A DNA stretch of 64,000 bases from Mobula birostris (lineage: Eukaryota). The notes below the pieces were generated by a model. The model did not search any database and had not been told where the DNA came from. It saw nothing but the letters and a program-made list of their open reading frames with translations. The translations under genes were made by a program, and so were the position numbers. Each line of letters opens with the position of its first letter. Position 1 is the first letter of the stretch. Below, piece after piece: positions 63,407 to 64,000 of this stretch. The stretch covers positions 47,436,581 through 47,500,580 of the forward strand of contig NC_092388.1 in assembly GCF_030028105.1 (NCBI RefSeq), written 5' to 3'.

Positions 63407-64000
63407 ACCAAATGATTTCACCGCTTTCCAAATGTGCTGTTATCACATCTTTGATAACTGACTCTAGCATTTTCCCCACCACCGATGTCAGCCTAACCAG
63501 TCTATAATTCCCCGGTTTCTCTCTCCCTCCTTTTTTTAAAAGTGGGGTTACATTAGCTACCCTCCAATCCTCAGGAACTAGTCCAGAATCTAAAGAGTTT
63601 TGAAAAATTATCCCTAATCCATCCACTATTTCTTGGGCTACTTCCTTAAGCACTCTGGGATGCAGGCCATCTGGCCCTGGGGATTTATCTGCCTTTAATC
63701 CCTTCAATTTACCTAACACCACTTCCCTACTAACATGTATTTCCCTCAGTTCCTCCATCTCACTGGACCCTCTGTCCCCTACTATTTCTGGAAGATTATT
63801 TATGTCCTCCTTAGTGAAGACAGACCCAAAGTAGTTATTCAATTGGTCTGCCATGTCCTTGTTCCCCATCATCAATTCACCTGTTTCTGACTGTGAGGGA
63901 CCTACATTTGTCTTAACCAATCTTTTTCTTTTCACATATCTATAAAAGCTTTTACAGTCAGTTTTTGTGTTCCCTGCCAGTTTTCTCTCATAATCTTTTT
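63407..64000 (-). mobile_element. CR1 ORF2 fragment running off the window
   Basis: KSPGPDGLHPRVLKE, VPEDWRVANVTPLLKKG, GNYRLVRLTSVVGK. Confidence 0.93.

Overview
Vertebrate genomic DNA made mostly of nested, decayed transposable elements. The repeat repertoire (CR1 LINEs, V-domain tRNA SINEs, Rex1/Babar LINEs, L1-Tx1, Penelope-like elements, Gypsy LTR elements, Tigger) is most consistent with a cartilaginous fish; this is inference. No intact host gene is recognisable, and the long ORFs are retroelement ORFs. The stand-out is a Gypsy LTR element at 56112-58992 (CTCC target-site duplication) whose RT/RNaseH/integrase core is replaced by an intronless fragment of the cellular splicing-factor gene RBM25 (RRM domain, 58031-58642), i.e. 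apparent mRNA capture by a retrotransposon. Also notable are minimal hammerhead ribozyme motifs in Penelope termini, two related solo LTRs with 5-bp target duplications, a non-coding retroposon with a Rex-type tail, and several insertion stacks whose order can be read from their junctions. Family assignments come from motif recognition, not database searches, and boundaries of old elements are approximate.
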